The translations under genes were made by a program, and so were the position numbers. Below are positions 30,786 through 44,941 of a DNA stretch of 63,146 nt, one piece after another (within the stretch, counting starts at the first letter, position 1; every line of letters starts with the position of its first letter). The DNA comes from Tubiluchus corallicola. Its lineage: Eukaryota > Animalia > Priapulida. The notes beneath the pieces are model-generated. The model saw only the letters and a list, made by a program, of their open reading frames with translations. It was not told the DNA's origin and ran no database searches. The stretch spans positions 1-63,146 of the forward strand of contig JAQGDQ010001097.1 of the NCBI GenBank assembly GCA_030141605.1. The letters run 5' to 3'.

Positions 30786-31992
30786 GAGTATATTCCAACA
30801 ACTCCTAATCAGTTTGGTTATGTAGAAAAACTTGGCTCTGAAATTTGCATAAACACATTAAAGGAGATCACTGACTACTACATTAGTCGTGATAGCTCTG
30901 TTCACATTGTTTTTATCGACGCGTCAAAGGCATTTGATAGGGTTAATTTCTTCAAGCTTTTTCTCAAACTCACAAAGACTTCCATCCCGAGTATTGTAAT
31001 CCGCTTGCTCACATTTTATTACACGCAACAAGACATGTCTGTCAGATGGGGACATAGTCAGTCTACAACTTTTAATATTGGAAATGGAGTACGCCAAGGT
31101 GGCAAGATGTCACCTTTTCTTTTTAATTTAAAGATCTAAGTGTTAAACTTTCATCCACCCAACTTGGTTGCAATGTCTCGAACATGGTTATGAACCACCT
31201 GATGTACGCTGACGATGTTTGTTTGTTAGCAACAACGATTATGGCCCTACAGCAACTACTAGATGTGTATAAATTGTATGCTGAACAGCATGACATAAAA
31301 ATTAATGTAGCTAAAACTAAACTTATGTCTGTTAATTCAAACATCATGAGAAATTTTACATTTGGTAACATCAAACTATATAATAAATGTTCTACGTACC
31401 TGAGATAATGAAAAATATTTGGGACATGTTATTTCAAATGATAACCGAGATGACCTTGACATTGTTAATCAAAAATCCTTATACTACTGTCGTGCAAACC
31501 AACTTATGAGAAAATTCAGCTATTGTTCTGTTGTTGTTAAAAGATATCTATTTGATGCTTACTGTAATACATTCTGTTGCATGTCTACTTGGAGACATTT
31601 TAATAATTGTAATATCTTAAAACTCAAAATTGCGCGCAATGTGTCGAAAAGATTATTTTTTGGATATGCATATGATTACAGTACTCGTGAGGTGTGTGTT
31701 GAAATTCGCTTGATGTATTTTGATGTATTACGTAGAAAATCTGTCTTAAGTTTAATGAAAAGATTTGATACTAGTGATAATTTAATGTGCCAGAAAATTT
31801 TAGTAAGCGATGCTAAATTTACATCACACATAAGACAGCAATGGTGGAGACTATTATTGTAATTTTCATGTTTATCTAAGTTTGTGTGTGATTTGTTTGT
31901 ATTGGTTTTTTGTTTTTATGATGTTGTATGTTGTATATATGTAAATTATAATATGAACTTATGTTTGAAAAAGAATCAAATCAAATAAAAAA
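30786..31992 (+). mobile_element. 5'-truncated, frameshifted non-LTR retrotransposon (RTE-X-like) with reverse transcriptase domain
   Basis: Translation NQFGY..LKEITDYY..VFIDASKAFDRV..VRWG..NGVRQGGKMSPFLFN (frameshift) LGC..NHLMYADDVCLL..YLGHVI..DDLDI..ANQLMRKFSYCSVVVKRYLFDAYC, followed by a T-rich 3' UTR and an AATCAAATCAAAT tail. Confidence 0.9.
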
Positions 31993-32119
31993 TCTCTCTC
32001 TCTCTCTTTTATCTCTTTCCTTCTCTCTCTCTCTCTCATCTCTTTCCTTTCTCTCTCTATTATTCCTCTCGTTTCTCTCTCTCTCTCTCTCCTCTCTCCC
32101 TCTTTCTCTCTCTCTCTCT

Positions 32120-32177
<58 letters not shown>

Positions 32178-32488
32178 GTCTCTCGAGCTCCTCGCAGACA
32201 AGCTTTATTAAATTGAGAACTTTCAGAGAGAACCCTCAAGAGAAATCTCTTCAGTCTGAACACGTCGTAAGGTACGTTTACCTTGAACTATAAGCAAACT
32301 GATACAATCTAGGGCAATTACATTATGCTCTGGGGATGATAATTAAGATGATGCTGAAGGTGATACTGTTGATGCTAGTTGATCTAAATGTCGTCAAACG
32401 AAAAAATGCAAAAGCAAAAGACACGACTAATCTTACAACACTTTATATGAATATGTGACACATAAATAATGAACAAACTCTAAAATAA

Positions 32489-33030
<542 letters not shown>

Positions 33031-34623
33031 TTTACCTAATATCATACTATCTATGCTAGTGACTATTGCATTTCAGTATATATTTATGATAAAAACTTGT
33101 AACGACAATATAATAACATTATAATAAATCTAATTTATTTTCCATTTACAGAAGTTCAGTACATGTTTACACGTAAATACAATTCATGCATAATATATGA
33201 ATATAGCTACAGTCAATTACATATATACAATAGTGTGCACAGAAGCTATCTGTGCTTTTCAATAAATGTTCTCTGATGTATACTGTGCATTAATTTATAT
33301 TTGTTCTAACAGTTTGGACAAAGAATCCAGAATTTTTAGCTCTAACTACAACCTCTTTTCTTCCTCCTCCCTCCCCCTTCCAATCAAGAATGTCTGCATC
33401 AGAAACATTTTCTTGTAATAATTGCCGTTCTCTTTTTTTCTGATTAGTGACATCTGAGTTCAGCTTTTGTTACTCATCAGTAGAGAGTCGCCCAGAGGCT
33501 GAGACATGAAAGCTGCATGTTACCTGCTAATTAACTGTATGATGAGCTTATACTAATCAAATTCTACTTTAATTAACTGCACTCTAAGTAAATCGCGGAT
33601 TAATCTTCTTCTTATGTGCACAGACATCGATTGTATCAGTTTCCGGTCATTACTCATCTTAGGCCTACAGTGTTAAAATCAAGCTTACTCTACTGACATT
33701 AGGCCTATGTTTTTCATACCACGCATGCGCACTCACATTGGGGCCGTTTTTGAGAGAAACACCAAAGGAGTAACACTGAGATTAGATTCTGCATAATTAC
33801 TAGATACATAGTACTAATCTCCAGATGCTGTTAGATTTATACATGAAAGAGTGCAATCATTTGTTTATTCGTTAGTTTTTATTCATTTATTTATTTATTT
33901 ATTTATTTGCATATTTATTTATTTATTTACTTGTTTATTTTTTTACTTATTTATTTCTTCATTATTTCATTCATTCATTCAATTAATCAGTCAATAAATT
34001 AATCAATCACGCAGGTAGTCTATTGGTCAATCAGTAACTCAGTCAGTCAGTCAGTCAATCAGTCACGCAGGTAGTCAATAAGTCAATCAGTCACTCAGTC
34101 AGTCAATCAGTCACACAGGTAGTCTATTAGCCAATCAGTCACTCACTTAGTCAGTCAATCAGTCACTCAATCAGTCAGTGAATCAGTCACGCAGGTAGTC
34201 AGTAAGGCAATCAGTCACTCAGTCAGTCAGTCAGTGATTTGGTTATGCATTTGTTTCAGCAACTTGTTTGTTTTTGGAGAATCCGATTCTCAGCAATGCA
34301 ACCAACACCACGACTATTATTAATTGCAACATGGTATGTCTTTATTGCAAGTCCCATCGAAACGTAAGCAATAAAGACGTACCATGTTGTTATCAGCAAT
34401 AGTGGTTTCACAAGCCAGCTGCAAATATATATTAATTTATAAACTAATGAGTACTAGGATGTTAGTAGCCCATTACTTGGTGTTTTTTACTAGTGCAGTA
34501 GCATTCATTATTTCATTATTTAATGTGTATATTTCTTTCTGGTTTGTGTAAGTGCTCTGATCACGATGCAAGATTAGCAATAAAGACCATGTTGTCATCA
34601 ACAATATTCATTATTTTGGTTGC

Positions 34624-34739
<116 letters not shown>

Positions 34740-35216
34740 TTAAATTTCTATCGTACAAAAAGTGCAGTTCCGGATTAAAACGAGGAAGATAAAATACAAT
34801 ATTAAGAACTAGCACTGACTGTAAACATATTTACAAGCAAGAATTAATTTGTAAATAAGTAATTTAAAATACACTGTTATTAAAGATGGTCGTTTTAGAC
34901 AAATACAAAATTAATTGCACTGCCATGAAACTGCAAATGCAGTACACATTTGCTTCATGCAAAATTTTAATCACAAACTTCAATATCACGGTAATGTCAA
35001 TGACTAAGCACCTGAGACAAGCATCACCAAAGACTATTCACCTGTTCCATGTTTTTTTCAGTTTGAAAATGAAGATGTAAGATCCTCAGAGAGGCCAAAA
35101 TTATTACCGATAGTTAGGAAATCAAGAAATTCAAGAATCTAAAGCATGTCTTGCAGGTGTTTTATAATTTTCCTGTTGAATATCAATCAGAAGCACTCTG
35201 TGGAAAAGGTGGAAAA

Positions 35217-35731
35217 GGACCCAGTTTTAAAATATATCTCAAAATAATCTAATATATATGATACTGAAAGAGAACATAATTGGTTTTTTTGAGAGTGACT
35301 TACGTGAAAGAATTATTATCTCGGAAGTTTAATTTCACGTTCACATTTTGTTACATGCATTTCGCCATTCGTTAGTTAGATGGACACAGCGTCTGTATCT
35401 CTGGATTGCGTTGTACAAAAACAGGGCGCTTTATCTCTCAGTTCGTTTGTGACGTAGCAAACTTTTGTGACGAAATGACGATAAGCATAAAGAGAAACTT
35501 GTAAACAATTTTTTGCCTTGCTTTTGTGTGACACAGTCATTCTTTTACATTATCGTTGTGTTTCCATTTTCATTTCTGCAAACACGTGCAGCACGAAATG
35601 TTTGTGCTGCTAAAATTGTGTTCAGTTTCGACGTCATCAATAGCTGGGCTCGCTGGCCATTAGTTAAGTTTTTAAACTATTATTTAATTGTCAGAAACAC
35701 TTTGGCATATAGGTGTTAAATTCTACACTTT
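35217..35731 (-). mobile_element. Family A degenerate copy
   Basis: Shares ACTTACGTGAAAGAATTATT, CATTTCGCCATTCGTTAGTTAGA and GTCATCAATAGCTGGGCTCG blocks with the other copies. Confidence 0.65.
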
Positions 35732-36081
35732 TGCCATAGTTCTATATGATGTTTTGTTTTTATTTATGATCATGTGTAATTGCATTAGAATTGGTAATTA
35801 TGTTTATTATAATTATACTGGTTGTTTTTCATTGTGTGTAAGCTTGTAGCTTTTGTTATTACGTATTAAAATATGTTCGTTATCTTTTATTGTGCATGTA
35901 TGTTGTGATTAATTATAATCTGTAACTATGATAGTTGTCTTTCATTGTGTCTCATGCGTTAGATTCTATATTATATACATATGAGAATAGGTTTAATATT
36001 TTGTAAATGTTTTTAGAAATTTTAAACATATCCCTGCAAATAAAGGAAATGTATATCGTACAGACTTTTTTAAAAAATAAA

Positions 36082-36166
<85 letters not shown>

Positions 36167-36789
36167 AAGAAGAAGAAGAAGAAGAAGAAGAAGAAGCATA
36201 GTTCAGAATAGAGAAGGCTATGGAAAATGGTCCTGTTTTCCTTTAACTGACAGTTAAAGACACAGAAGCTCAAGAAAAGATTTGCTTCTGTTCCTTTTGT
36301 CATACCTTCTAGATTACGTGCTGTACGAAAGCCTTCAGGTTTTTGTTACAGCTAGGCGCTCGGCAACGTGATTTACTCAGCGTTAACAATTGCAGCAGGA
36401 CCGCAACCTTTCTAAAATGCCCAGACTGTACTCTAAAATATTTTAATAGTGAACATAGTAAGATCAGCAAGTCGTTTACCAACTTTCTGGTGTATTGAAA
36501 TTTCGCGAGTCATTTCCGTTGTTTTTCCCTCCCCAACACAAAACTTTGTTCACCTGAAATTTGAAAATGTTCAAATCAAATTGTGAGATTGAACGAAAAT
36601 GTCAATTTAGTTTTCGACGAAATGCGCTCGCTTTCCCACGTGTTATCTAACCTTCGGCTGCCCTTGTTAGGCGCCTAATTAGCGTCTATGGCTTCGTCTA
36701 CTTACTGTTATTAGATCTGATATTGCTGTAATGCCATTATTTTGAGCTTGCACAGGTCTCCCAAATGAACACTGAAGAAAGCCACACTG

Positions 36790-38170
36790 AGGACCGAGAA
36801 ACACAGGTCTAATAATGAAGATTGAAAAATACAGGTCCTATAATGAAGCTTGGAAAACTCATGTCTCACTGTGAATGTTGAAAGATACACAGTGAAGATT
36901 AAAAAGCAGATTTCAATGAGTAGGTAAAAAATGGTCTCTAATAGAAGATTTAAAATGCAGATTTCAGAGAGGAGATATATAAAAGATTAAAAAACACAAG
37001 TGTCATAGTCAAGAATAAAACACACAGGTCTCATAGTCAAGAATAAAAAACACAGGTCTCATAGTCAAGAATAAAAAAACACAGGTCTCATAGTCAAGAA
37101 TAAAACACACAGGTCTCATAGTCAAGAATAAAAAACACAGGTCTCATAGTCAAGAATAAAAAACACTGGTCTCATAGTCAAGAATAAAAAACACAGGTCT
37201 CATAGTCAAGAATAAAAAACACAGGTCTCATAGTCAAGAATAAAAAACACAGGTCTCATAGTCAAGAATAAAAAACACAGGTCTCATAGTCAAGAATAAA
37301 AAACACTGGTCTCATAGTCAAGAATAAATAACACAGGTCTCATAGTCAAGAATAAAAAAACACAGGTCTCATAGTCAAGAATAAAAAAACACAGGTCTCA
37401 TAGTCAAGAATAAATAACACAGGTCTCATAGTCAAGAATAAAAAACACTGGTCTCATAGTCAAGAATAAAAAACACAGGTCTCATAGTCAAGAATAAAAA
37501 ACACAGGTCTCATAGTCAAGAATAAATAACACAGGTCTCATAGTCAAGAATAAAAAAACACAGGTCTCATAGTCAAGAATAAATAACACAGGTCTCATAG
37601 TGAAGAATAAAAAACACAGGTCTCATAGTGAAGAATAAAAAACACTGGTCTCATAGTCAAGAATAAAAAACACAGGTCTCATAGTCAAGAATAAAAAACA
37701 CTGGTCTCATAGTCAAGAATAAAAAACACAGGTCTCATAGTGAAGAATAAAAAACACAGGTCTCATAGTCAAGAATAAAAAACACAGGTCTCATAGTCAA
37801 GAATAAAAACACTGGTCTCATAGTCAAGAATAAAAAACACAGGTCTCATAGTCAAGAATAAAAAACACAGGTCTCATAGTCAAGAATAAAAAACACTGGT
37901 CTCATAGTCAAGAATAAATAACACAGGTCTCATAGTCAAGAATAAAAAACACAGGTCTCATAGTCAAGAATAAAAAACACAGGTCCCATAGTCAAGAATA
38001 AATAACACAGGTTCGATAATGAAGATTGAAAAACACAGGTTCGATAACGAAGATTGAAAAACACAGGTTCGATAATGAAGATTGAGAAATACAGGTCGCA
38101 TAGCGAAGCATGAAAAGCACAGGTCTCGCTGTGAATGTTGAAAGATACAGGACCCATAGCGAAGACTAAA
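36790..38170. repeat. Minisatellite, ~27-bp unit ACACAGGTCTCATAGTCAAGAATAAAA(A), with diverged flanking units
   Basis: Near-identical head-to-tail units over about 36995-38005. Diverged variants (ACACAGGTTCGATAATGAAGATTGAAAA) lie on both edges. Confidence 0.97.
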
Positions 38171-38206
38171 AAATGCATATATATATATATATATCATAAC
38201 AATAAT

Positions 38207-38435
38207 AATTCAGATCATAACAATAATAATAAATAATGCGAACCTGAGGGTGGAGACCTTTCGTTTGACGTATAGATCGTCGAGAATGGTGCCCTCGTCG
38301 TCGGTTATATATGTTATATATGGTTATACATATATAACCGACGACGAGGGCACCATTCTCGACGATCTATACGTCAAACGAAAGGTCTCCACCCTCAGGT
38401 TCGCATTATTTATTATTATTGTTATGATCTGAATT
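38207..38435. repeat. Perfect inverted repeat, 108-bp arms, 13-nt loop
   Basis: 38207-38314 is the exact reverse complement of 38328-38435. Confidence 0.97.
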
Positions 38436-39189
38436 TTTTTAGCCCCGCTTATAGAAAGCGCGAGTTTAATTACCAATGATTTAACCTGCGTCTATGCTTT
38501 CTTCCCCACACCCTCCACGCCCGCCACACTCCACGTACCTCTCCTTCAAGATCGTTCAGTGAACTGCGCCTTAAAATTCTTACACCTGCTAAAGTCGTCA
38601 CCCATGACGGCCTGTCAGCCATTATCACCACGAGCTCATCAAAGCCTATTTACATCCAATTTCCAAGTGTTGAACAGTCTCTAGAGTCTGAATTAAGAAG
38701 CTATTTAATGTGATTAGAGAAAATGCTGTGCATTGGAAATTACGTTTTGCTAATGAGTTGCGTAGTTTTTCGGGTAAGTTTGGTTCAGTGCTCTCTGACG
38801 TGGTAAATGTAAATTCTCTCCGTAAATACTCTAATTTAGGCACATAATAACTAACCTTGCCTACGAATGTTTTAGAACATTTTAGAAATTACAAATAAAA
38901 GGAAATAAACGAAAGATCGTGAAATAAAAAACTGATGCAATAACAGTGATAACAGTGTTTTTAAAATGTAGTTCTAAGCGTGATAAACTTTGGAAAAGCG
39001 GAAATAGTAGTAATTTATGGAGAATTCGGAAGGGTGCCCATCTATAGACACTTGTTTCTAACAGTGAAACACCAACAGTGTTTCACTCAAATTTAGAAAT
39101 GGCATCTTTTTCCACAAAATGGTTTATATAGGTTTTCCTGTTTACCAATCAGCGTTTATTTAATTATTTGTTTATTTTATTTTATTTTA

Positions 39190-39607
39190 TTTTGTTTTTT
39201 TCGTAATCTTCAGAGTACAAATACGTGAGTGACAGGGCAGTTGAAAAGTGAAAGAAAATAATAAAGGACCACTACAAATACAGCGCAAATTAAAACAAAC
39301 TGATGATAACAGAAGCAGAAGATTACGGTAAAAAACACAAAGAACCAAAATAGCTGCTTATAAGTGTCTGTTGAAAAGTAAAAATTTGCTAAAATTAACA
39401 ATAGCGTGGCCGTTTTTTAAATAATTTTATGTTGCCAGCATTTACAGTTGGAACATCATTCACATATGGTGGTACTTTATTCTATAAACTTACAACTCTG
39501 TTGCTGAAGAAATGCTTGAAGCAATTAAGTGAGCTTTTTTCACTTGTAATTTCAAATGGTGGCCCTTTGTAATGTTTGCAAGTGGTGCAAAGTTAAAAAA
39601 GATTCAA
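39190..39607 (-). mobile_element. CR1-type LINE 3' fragment
   Basis: The minus strand gives ITKGHHLKLQ..KHFFSNRVVSL*NKVPP..NIKLFKKR (CR1 motif TRGH.LKL...FFSNRVV..WN.LP), followed by a 3' UTR and A-rich tail. Confidence 0.8.
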
Positions 39608-39741
39608 TTGAGATTGATATGTCACCATGAATTATAACACGTGTGAACTATGTATCACGTGTATAACCATGTGCAACATGTACAACATGTAACACGTGTA
39701 TAACCATGTGAACTATAGCACATAGTTAGGTCGCATTATAA

Positions 39742-39828
39742 ATGCGTCTTAATTCTAGGCGTTCGAATTTGAGTGTTACTATTGGGTATGACGTTTGGCT
39801 AAGCTTGCTTTGTGTTCTATTATTTCAG
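39742..39828 (+). CDS. Candidate first (signal-peptide) exon of the His-rich orphan gene
   Basis: MRLNSRRSNLSVTIGYDVWLSLLCVLLFQ, followed by GCGTAAGT. In-phase joining to 44759 needs a GC donor and gives WLSLLCVLLFQVIA-IQED. The GT donor 2 nt later is out of phase. Confidence 0.35.
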
Positions 39829-40098
39829 GCGTAAGTTGCCACTTAATGTTCTTTCAGTAAAAATAGCATTTAAACTAACAGCAACAAGCACAAAAATGAA
39901 GAAACTTGTTCGCATAGAAATGAGTCCATATTGCAAGTACGGGTGGCGCCTAAGAAAACTTTAAAAAGCCGAAGTTACTTTGTGTCAAGAGAACAACAAT
40001 GTAAGTGTTCTATAAATAGAACTAACCATGTGATTTCCCGAGCCACACGTTTATGGGAAAAGATATGATTATTCATGTCCATGAACTGTGAGAAAAAG

Positions 40099-40415
40099 GC
40101 ACATTTTAACACCTATAAAGGAGTGTTTCTGATAATGAAATAATAGTTTAACTTTAAAACATAATAACGTCGGGAGCCCAACTAGTGATGACATCACAAC
40201 TGAAAATAACTTTCAACAGCACAAACATTCCACGAGCGTGTTGTACGTGTTTGCGAAAGCGAAAATTGTAGTACAGTGCTACTGTACAACATTCAGTGTG
40301 ATATACAAAAACTGGGCAATTTTGTGTTGAAAAGTTTAACTGAGGACAAACGTGAAACTGAACTTCCGTGATAGTAATTCTTTCAAATAAGACGCTGATA
40401 AGATCAGGTCCTGCT
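40099..40415 (+). mobile_element. Family A internally deleted copy
   Basis: TTCCACGAGCGTGTTGTACGTGTTTGCGAAAGCGAAAATTG matches 2040-2080. Confidence 0.7.
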
Positions 40416-41921
40416 CACCTTCGATATTAATGACAATAAAGGAAAACTAGATGTCCGCATGATAATGATGAGTAGTTCATCAGCAGCAGCAACGATGTTG
40501 CCTCATCTCGGTTTCTCAAGGCGCAGGTGCTGACACACGAGTTAATTAGGTAGAAACATTAGCTATTGAGCTTTAGCAACGAGAAAAAGATCAGGAAATG
40601 AAATTGCTTACTCCTGTTTTAATGCAAATCCCCCAGACAAGGCCAATGGCCAACACAGATTTAGAAACCACGCATGCGCAAAGATGATGGCTAGTCATAT
40701 TAAGGGGCTATAATAGAAACGTGAGGAAGCGAGTACACTTCCAGAGTTCACATAACTTAGAGATATAAGATTTATGTTGACGTTCCACGAAAACAGTTAT
40801 CTGGTAGAAAATTTCACAGATAAGAAGCCCTGGGAAAACTCTACATTTATAAGCAACTTTTCTACATCTAGGAATGTCCAGAATAAGACCAAGAGAACAA
40901 CAGAAAAGAGAATACTACGTACAGTCTCAATCCCTAGGAACCAGTGATATTAGCGAACTAATATAAAACTCACATTAGCACAAATGTACGATTGTACAAA
41001 GACAGCTGGAAGAAATTTACAAATGGCTAGAATGGTTTGCTGTTTTGAGCTGCGAATTGTATTGGATTTCAACTCACACATTGTATCGTGTGGTATTGTA
41101 TAATGCGATGCGTTCTATGTACAGTAACATTATAATGCAGTAGCTGATTTAGGGGGTGGGCCCAAGGGGCCTGGGCCCCCTTTCATAGTAGTAGTTACAG
41201 CACACCAAGTGAATATTTACCTTGGATTACAAGTTTTAGAACGTTTAGTGTTAGCTTCCGTTGTTTTTCCCTCCCCAACACAAAACTTTGTTCACCTGAA
41301 ATTTGACAATGTTCAAATCAAATTGTGAGATTGGACGAAAATGTCAATTTAGTTTTCGACGAAATAAATAAAATAAATAAAAATAGTATAGCACCTAAAC
41401 TAAGGCTAAGCAACAACCTTACATATAAATGTAATGCTAATCTTATATTATTTTATCTAAGCTTACTCTCTTACATAGTGCATACATAGTGATCGTATAG
41501 CATTTTGAAATCCCAATTTGTATGCGTTCTGCAAATTCACTTCCTTGTAAAATGATAATATCGCGCCTTTAAAAGCCGTTACCGTGCTTGTCAACTAGTA
41601 TTTTTACAGTGCCGGGGGGGATATAAATTTGAGCAGTTTTTCCAACTGAAAGCCTATTCCGACAAGAGATTGTTAAGAGGGTGTGCGTAGTGTGATTCCT
41701 TAGAGATTTAAGCTTGGTCTTAAGAATGAGTCACTTCGCAATAATCAGGATGTCGTACTCCTGCAGGTTTTAAACAATGAGCGTATCGGATAGAAAATAA
41801 TTGAAAACAAAACTAGTCAAAGCTGCCAAACTGCGTTTAAATAAATTCAAGTCGGTCGGAAATTAACATTCTGAAACGTGCAACTGTTATGTATGCAATC
41901 ACTAGACAGGTGCTTATAGCC

Positions 41922-42788
<867 letters not shown>

Positions 42789-43349
42789 AATCTTTTATAT
42801 AAAGAGAAAACTTATTAGCACTTAAGAAATTTCATCAGCTATGTCGCAGTCAAATTTCTGTTTACTAACATCAACAAGTAATTTTCATTCAACTCATTTA
42901 TTTGTTTAAACATTTAGTCATTAATGCACGATTGTTTGTACTTCTGTTCAACTGTTCATCCCCTATCATTTGACTAACTATTATGCCATTCGTGTTGTGT
43001 TCTCAGTCTATAAAAACAATTTTCTACGACTCAAACTCGGAGAAAATGGAGTTTCAACTTGTGTTTGCTCTTTCCTTCATTTCGCTTGAGATATCGTTGG
43101 TGAATCATAAACGTCATAAAGTCGACAATAAAATAGATTCCATTGCAGTTGGGGGATTTCCCTGGGGCCGTATATCCACTCTGTAAGTAGTGTTTTAACA
43201 ACTTACTCAAACCTCATGGCATTAAAAGATCACAAAACATTTTAGAAGGCTCTTCGTAAGCTAGTCCTCATAACAATTCAATGTTAATATTAATACGTTT
43301 CAGAAAGGACAAGCTTAATTGAAGTCCGAGACATCAAGAATTTTGAAAA

Positions 43350-44590
43350 TTTGTGCTGTGCATTGCTGTGTTGCTTTGTGCTGTACTGTGTAATGATGTT
43401 GTGGTGATCTGTGCTGTACTTGTGGTGTCGTGTAAGTTTGTGCTGTACTATGTGGTGCTGTGTTCATTTGTGCTGCACTGTGTGATGATGTGTTCATTTT
43501 TGCTGAGCTTGTGGCACTGTGTTGATTTGTGCTGTGCTGTATAGAGCTGTGTTGGTTTTGCTTTACTGTGTGACGATGCTGTGTTGATTTGTGCTGTACT
43601 TGTGGCGCGGTGTTGTGTTGATTTGTGCTGTACTGTGTGTGCTGATGTGTTCGTTTGTGCTATACTGTGTGATGATGTGTTCATTTTTGCTGAACTTATG
43701 GCAGAGTGTTGGTTTGTGCTGTACTCTGTGGTGCTGTGTTGGTTGTGCTGTACTGTGTGTTGATGTGCTGGTTTGCACTATACTTGTAGTGCTGTGTTGG
43801 TTTGTGCTGTACTCTGTGGTGCTGTGTTGGTTGTGCTGTACTGTGTGTTGATGTGCTGGTTTGCACTATACTTGTAGTGCTGTGTTGGTTTGTGCTGTAC
43901 TCTGTGGTGCTGTGTTGGTTGTGCTGTACTGTGTGTTGATGTGCTGGTTTGCACTATACTTGTAGTGCTGTGTTGGTTTGTGCTGTGCTTGTGGTATTAT
44001 GTTGGTTTGGTTTGTACTGCGTAGTGATGTGTTAGTTTGTGTTGTACTTAAGGCACTATGTTGGTTTGTTTTGTACTGCATAGTGATGTGTTGTTTTGTT
44101 TTGTAGTGTGTAGTGATGTGTTGGTGTGTGCTATACTTTTGGTGCTGTGTTGGTCTGTGCTGTACTGTGCCATGATGTGTTGACTTGAGTTGCACTTGCG
44201 GTACTGTGTTGGTTTGTGTTGTCCCATATGGTAATGTGGTGGTTTGTGCTATGCAGCGCAGTGCTGTATTCATTTGTGCTGTACTGCATAGTGATGTGTT
44301 GGTTTGTATTGTACTGTGTGCTGATGTGTTCGTTTGTGCTATACTGTGTGATGATGTGTTCGTTTTTGCTGAACTTGTGGCAGAGTGTTCGTTTGTGCTG
44401 TGCTGTGTGGTGCTGTATTGGTTTGTGTTGTCCTGTTTAGTGATGTGTTAGTTTGTGCTATATTTGTGGCGCTGCGCCTGTTTCTGCTGAACTGTATAGT
44501 GTATGTTGGTCTGTGCTGCACTGTGTGGTGCTGTGTTGGTCTGTGCTGTACTGTGCAGTGCTATGTTGGTTTGTGCGGTACTGTGGTGCT
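43350..44590. repeat. Degenerate ~30-bp TG-rich minisatellite (GTGCTGTGTTGGTTTGTGCTGTACTGTGTG)
   Basis: Direct reading. Contains a near-perfect ~87-bp triplication at about 43705-43985. Source of the Cys/Val-rich and Thr/Gln-rich ORFs. Confidence 0.9.
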
Positions 44591-44758
44591 ATAAAGTTTC
44601 TTCTATGTATACGTCGATTTTGCAACATAATATTCGAAGATATTCCATGGCACATTCACACCAATCCTTGATAGCATGACAAGCTTTCATTGCTGAACAA
44701 CCATTTTCCAAGCAGTATATAAATGAAAACGATTTTTAAGTGACGTTGTATTGTCTAG

Positions 44759-44941
44759 GTAATAGCTATCCAAGAAGATGGAAAGGACAACAGGCAAACG
44801 CTAGGCGTCTTAGTTATAAATCCGGAAAACAGTACATCGGTACGTCATATCCGTGTTCTAGGACAAGATGAGGACATTGTTCTCGACGTATCTACTATAG
44901 ATCGGATAGAAGTCCCATCTGATACTAGAACGTCTTTACAG
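44759..44941 (+). CDS. Internal exon of the His-rich orphan gene (61 codons, phase 0/0)
   Basis: ttgtctAG|GTA...CAG|GTaaca boundaries. Open frame VIAIQEDGKDNRQTLGVLVINPENSTSVRHIRVLGQDEDIVLDVSTIDRIEVPSDTRTSLQ, phase-compatible with 47377. Confidence 0.7.

Noticed and set aside
36990-38010. Regular ~27-bp repeat array resembling a CRISPR array
   Set aside because: Units are head-to-tail with no unique spacers, there are no cas genes and the context is eukaryotic. It is a minisatellite.
38250-38432. 60-aa ORF across the palindrome
   Set aside because: It starts at GTG, lies wholly within the inverted repeat and has no coding hallmarks.
42983-43186. Alternative first exon (MEFQLVFALSFISLEISL..., CT|GTAAGT)
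   Set aside because: The donor is phase 2 and does not join 44759 in frame, and the hydrophobic segment is weak. It cannot be fully excluded without cDNA.
43315-44671. Cys/Val-rich ORFs resembling metallothionein or keratin-associated proteins
   Set aside because: They are overlapping ORFs in many frames of a TG-rich minisatellite, with no consistent frame or splice structure.
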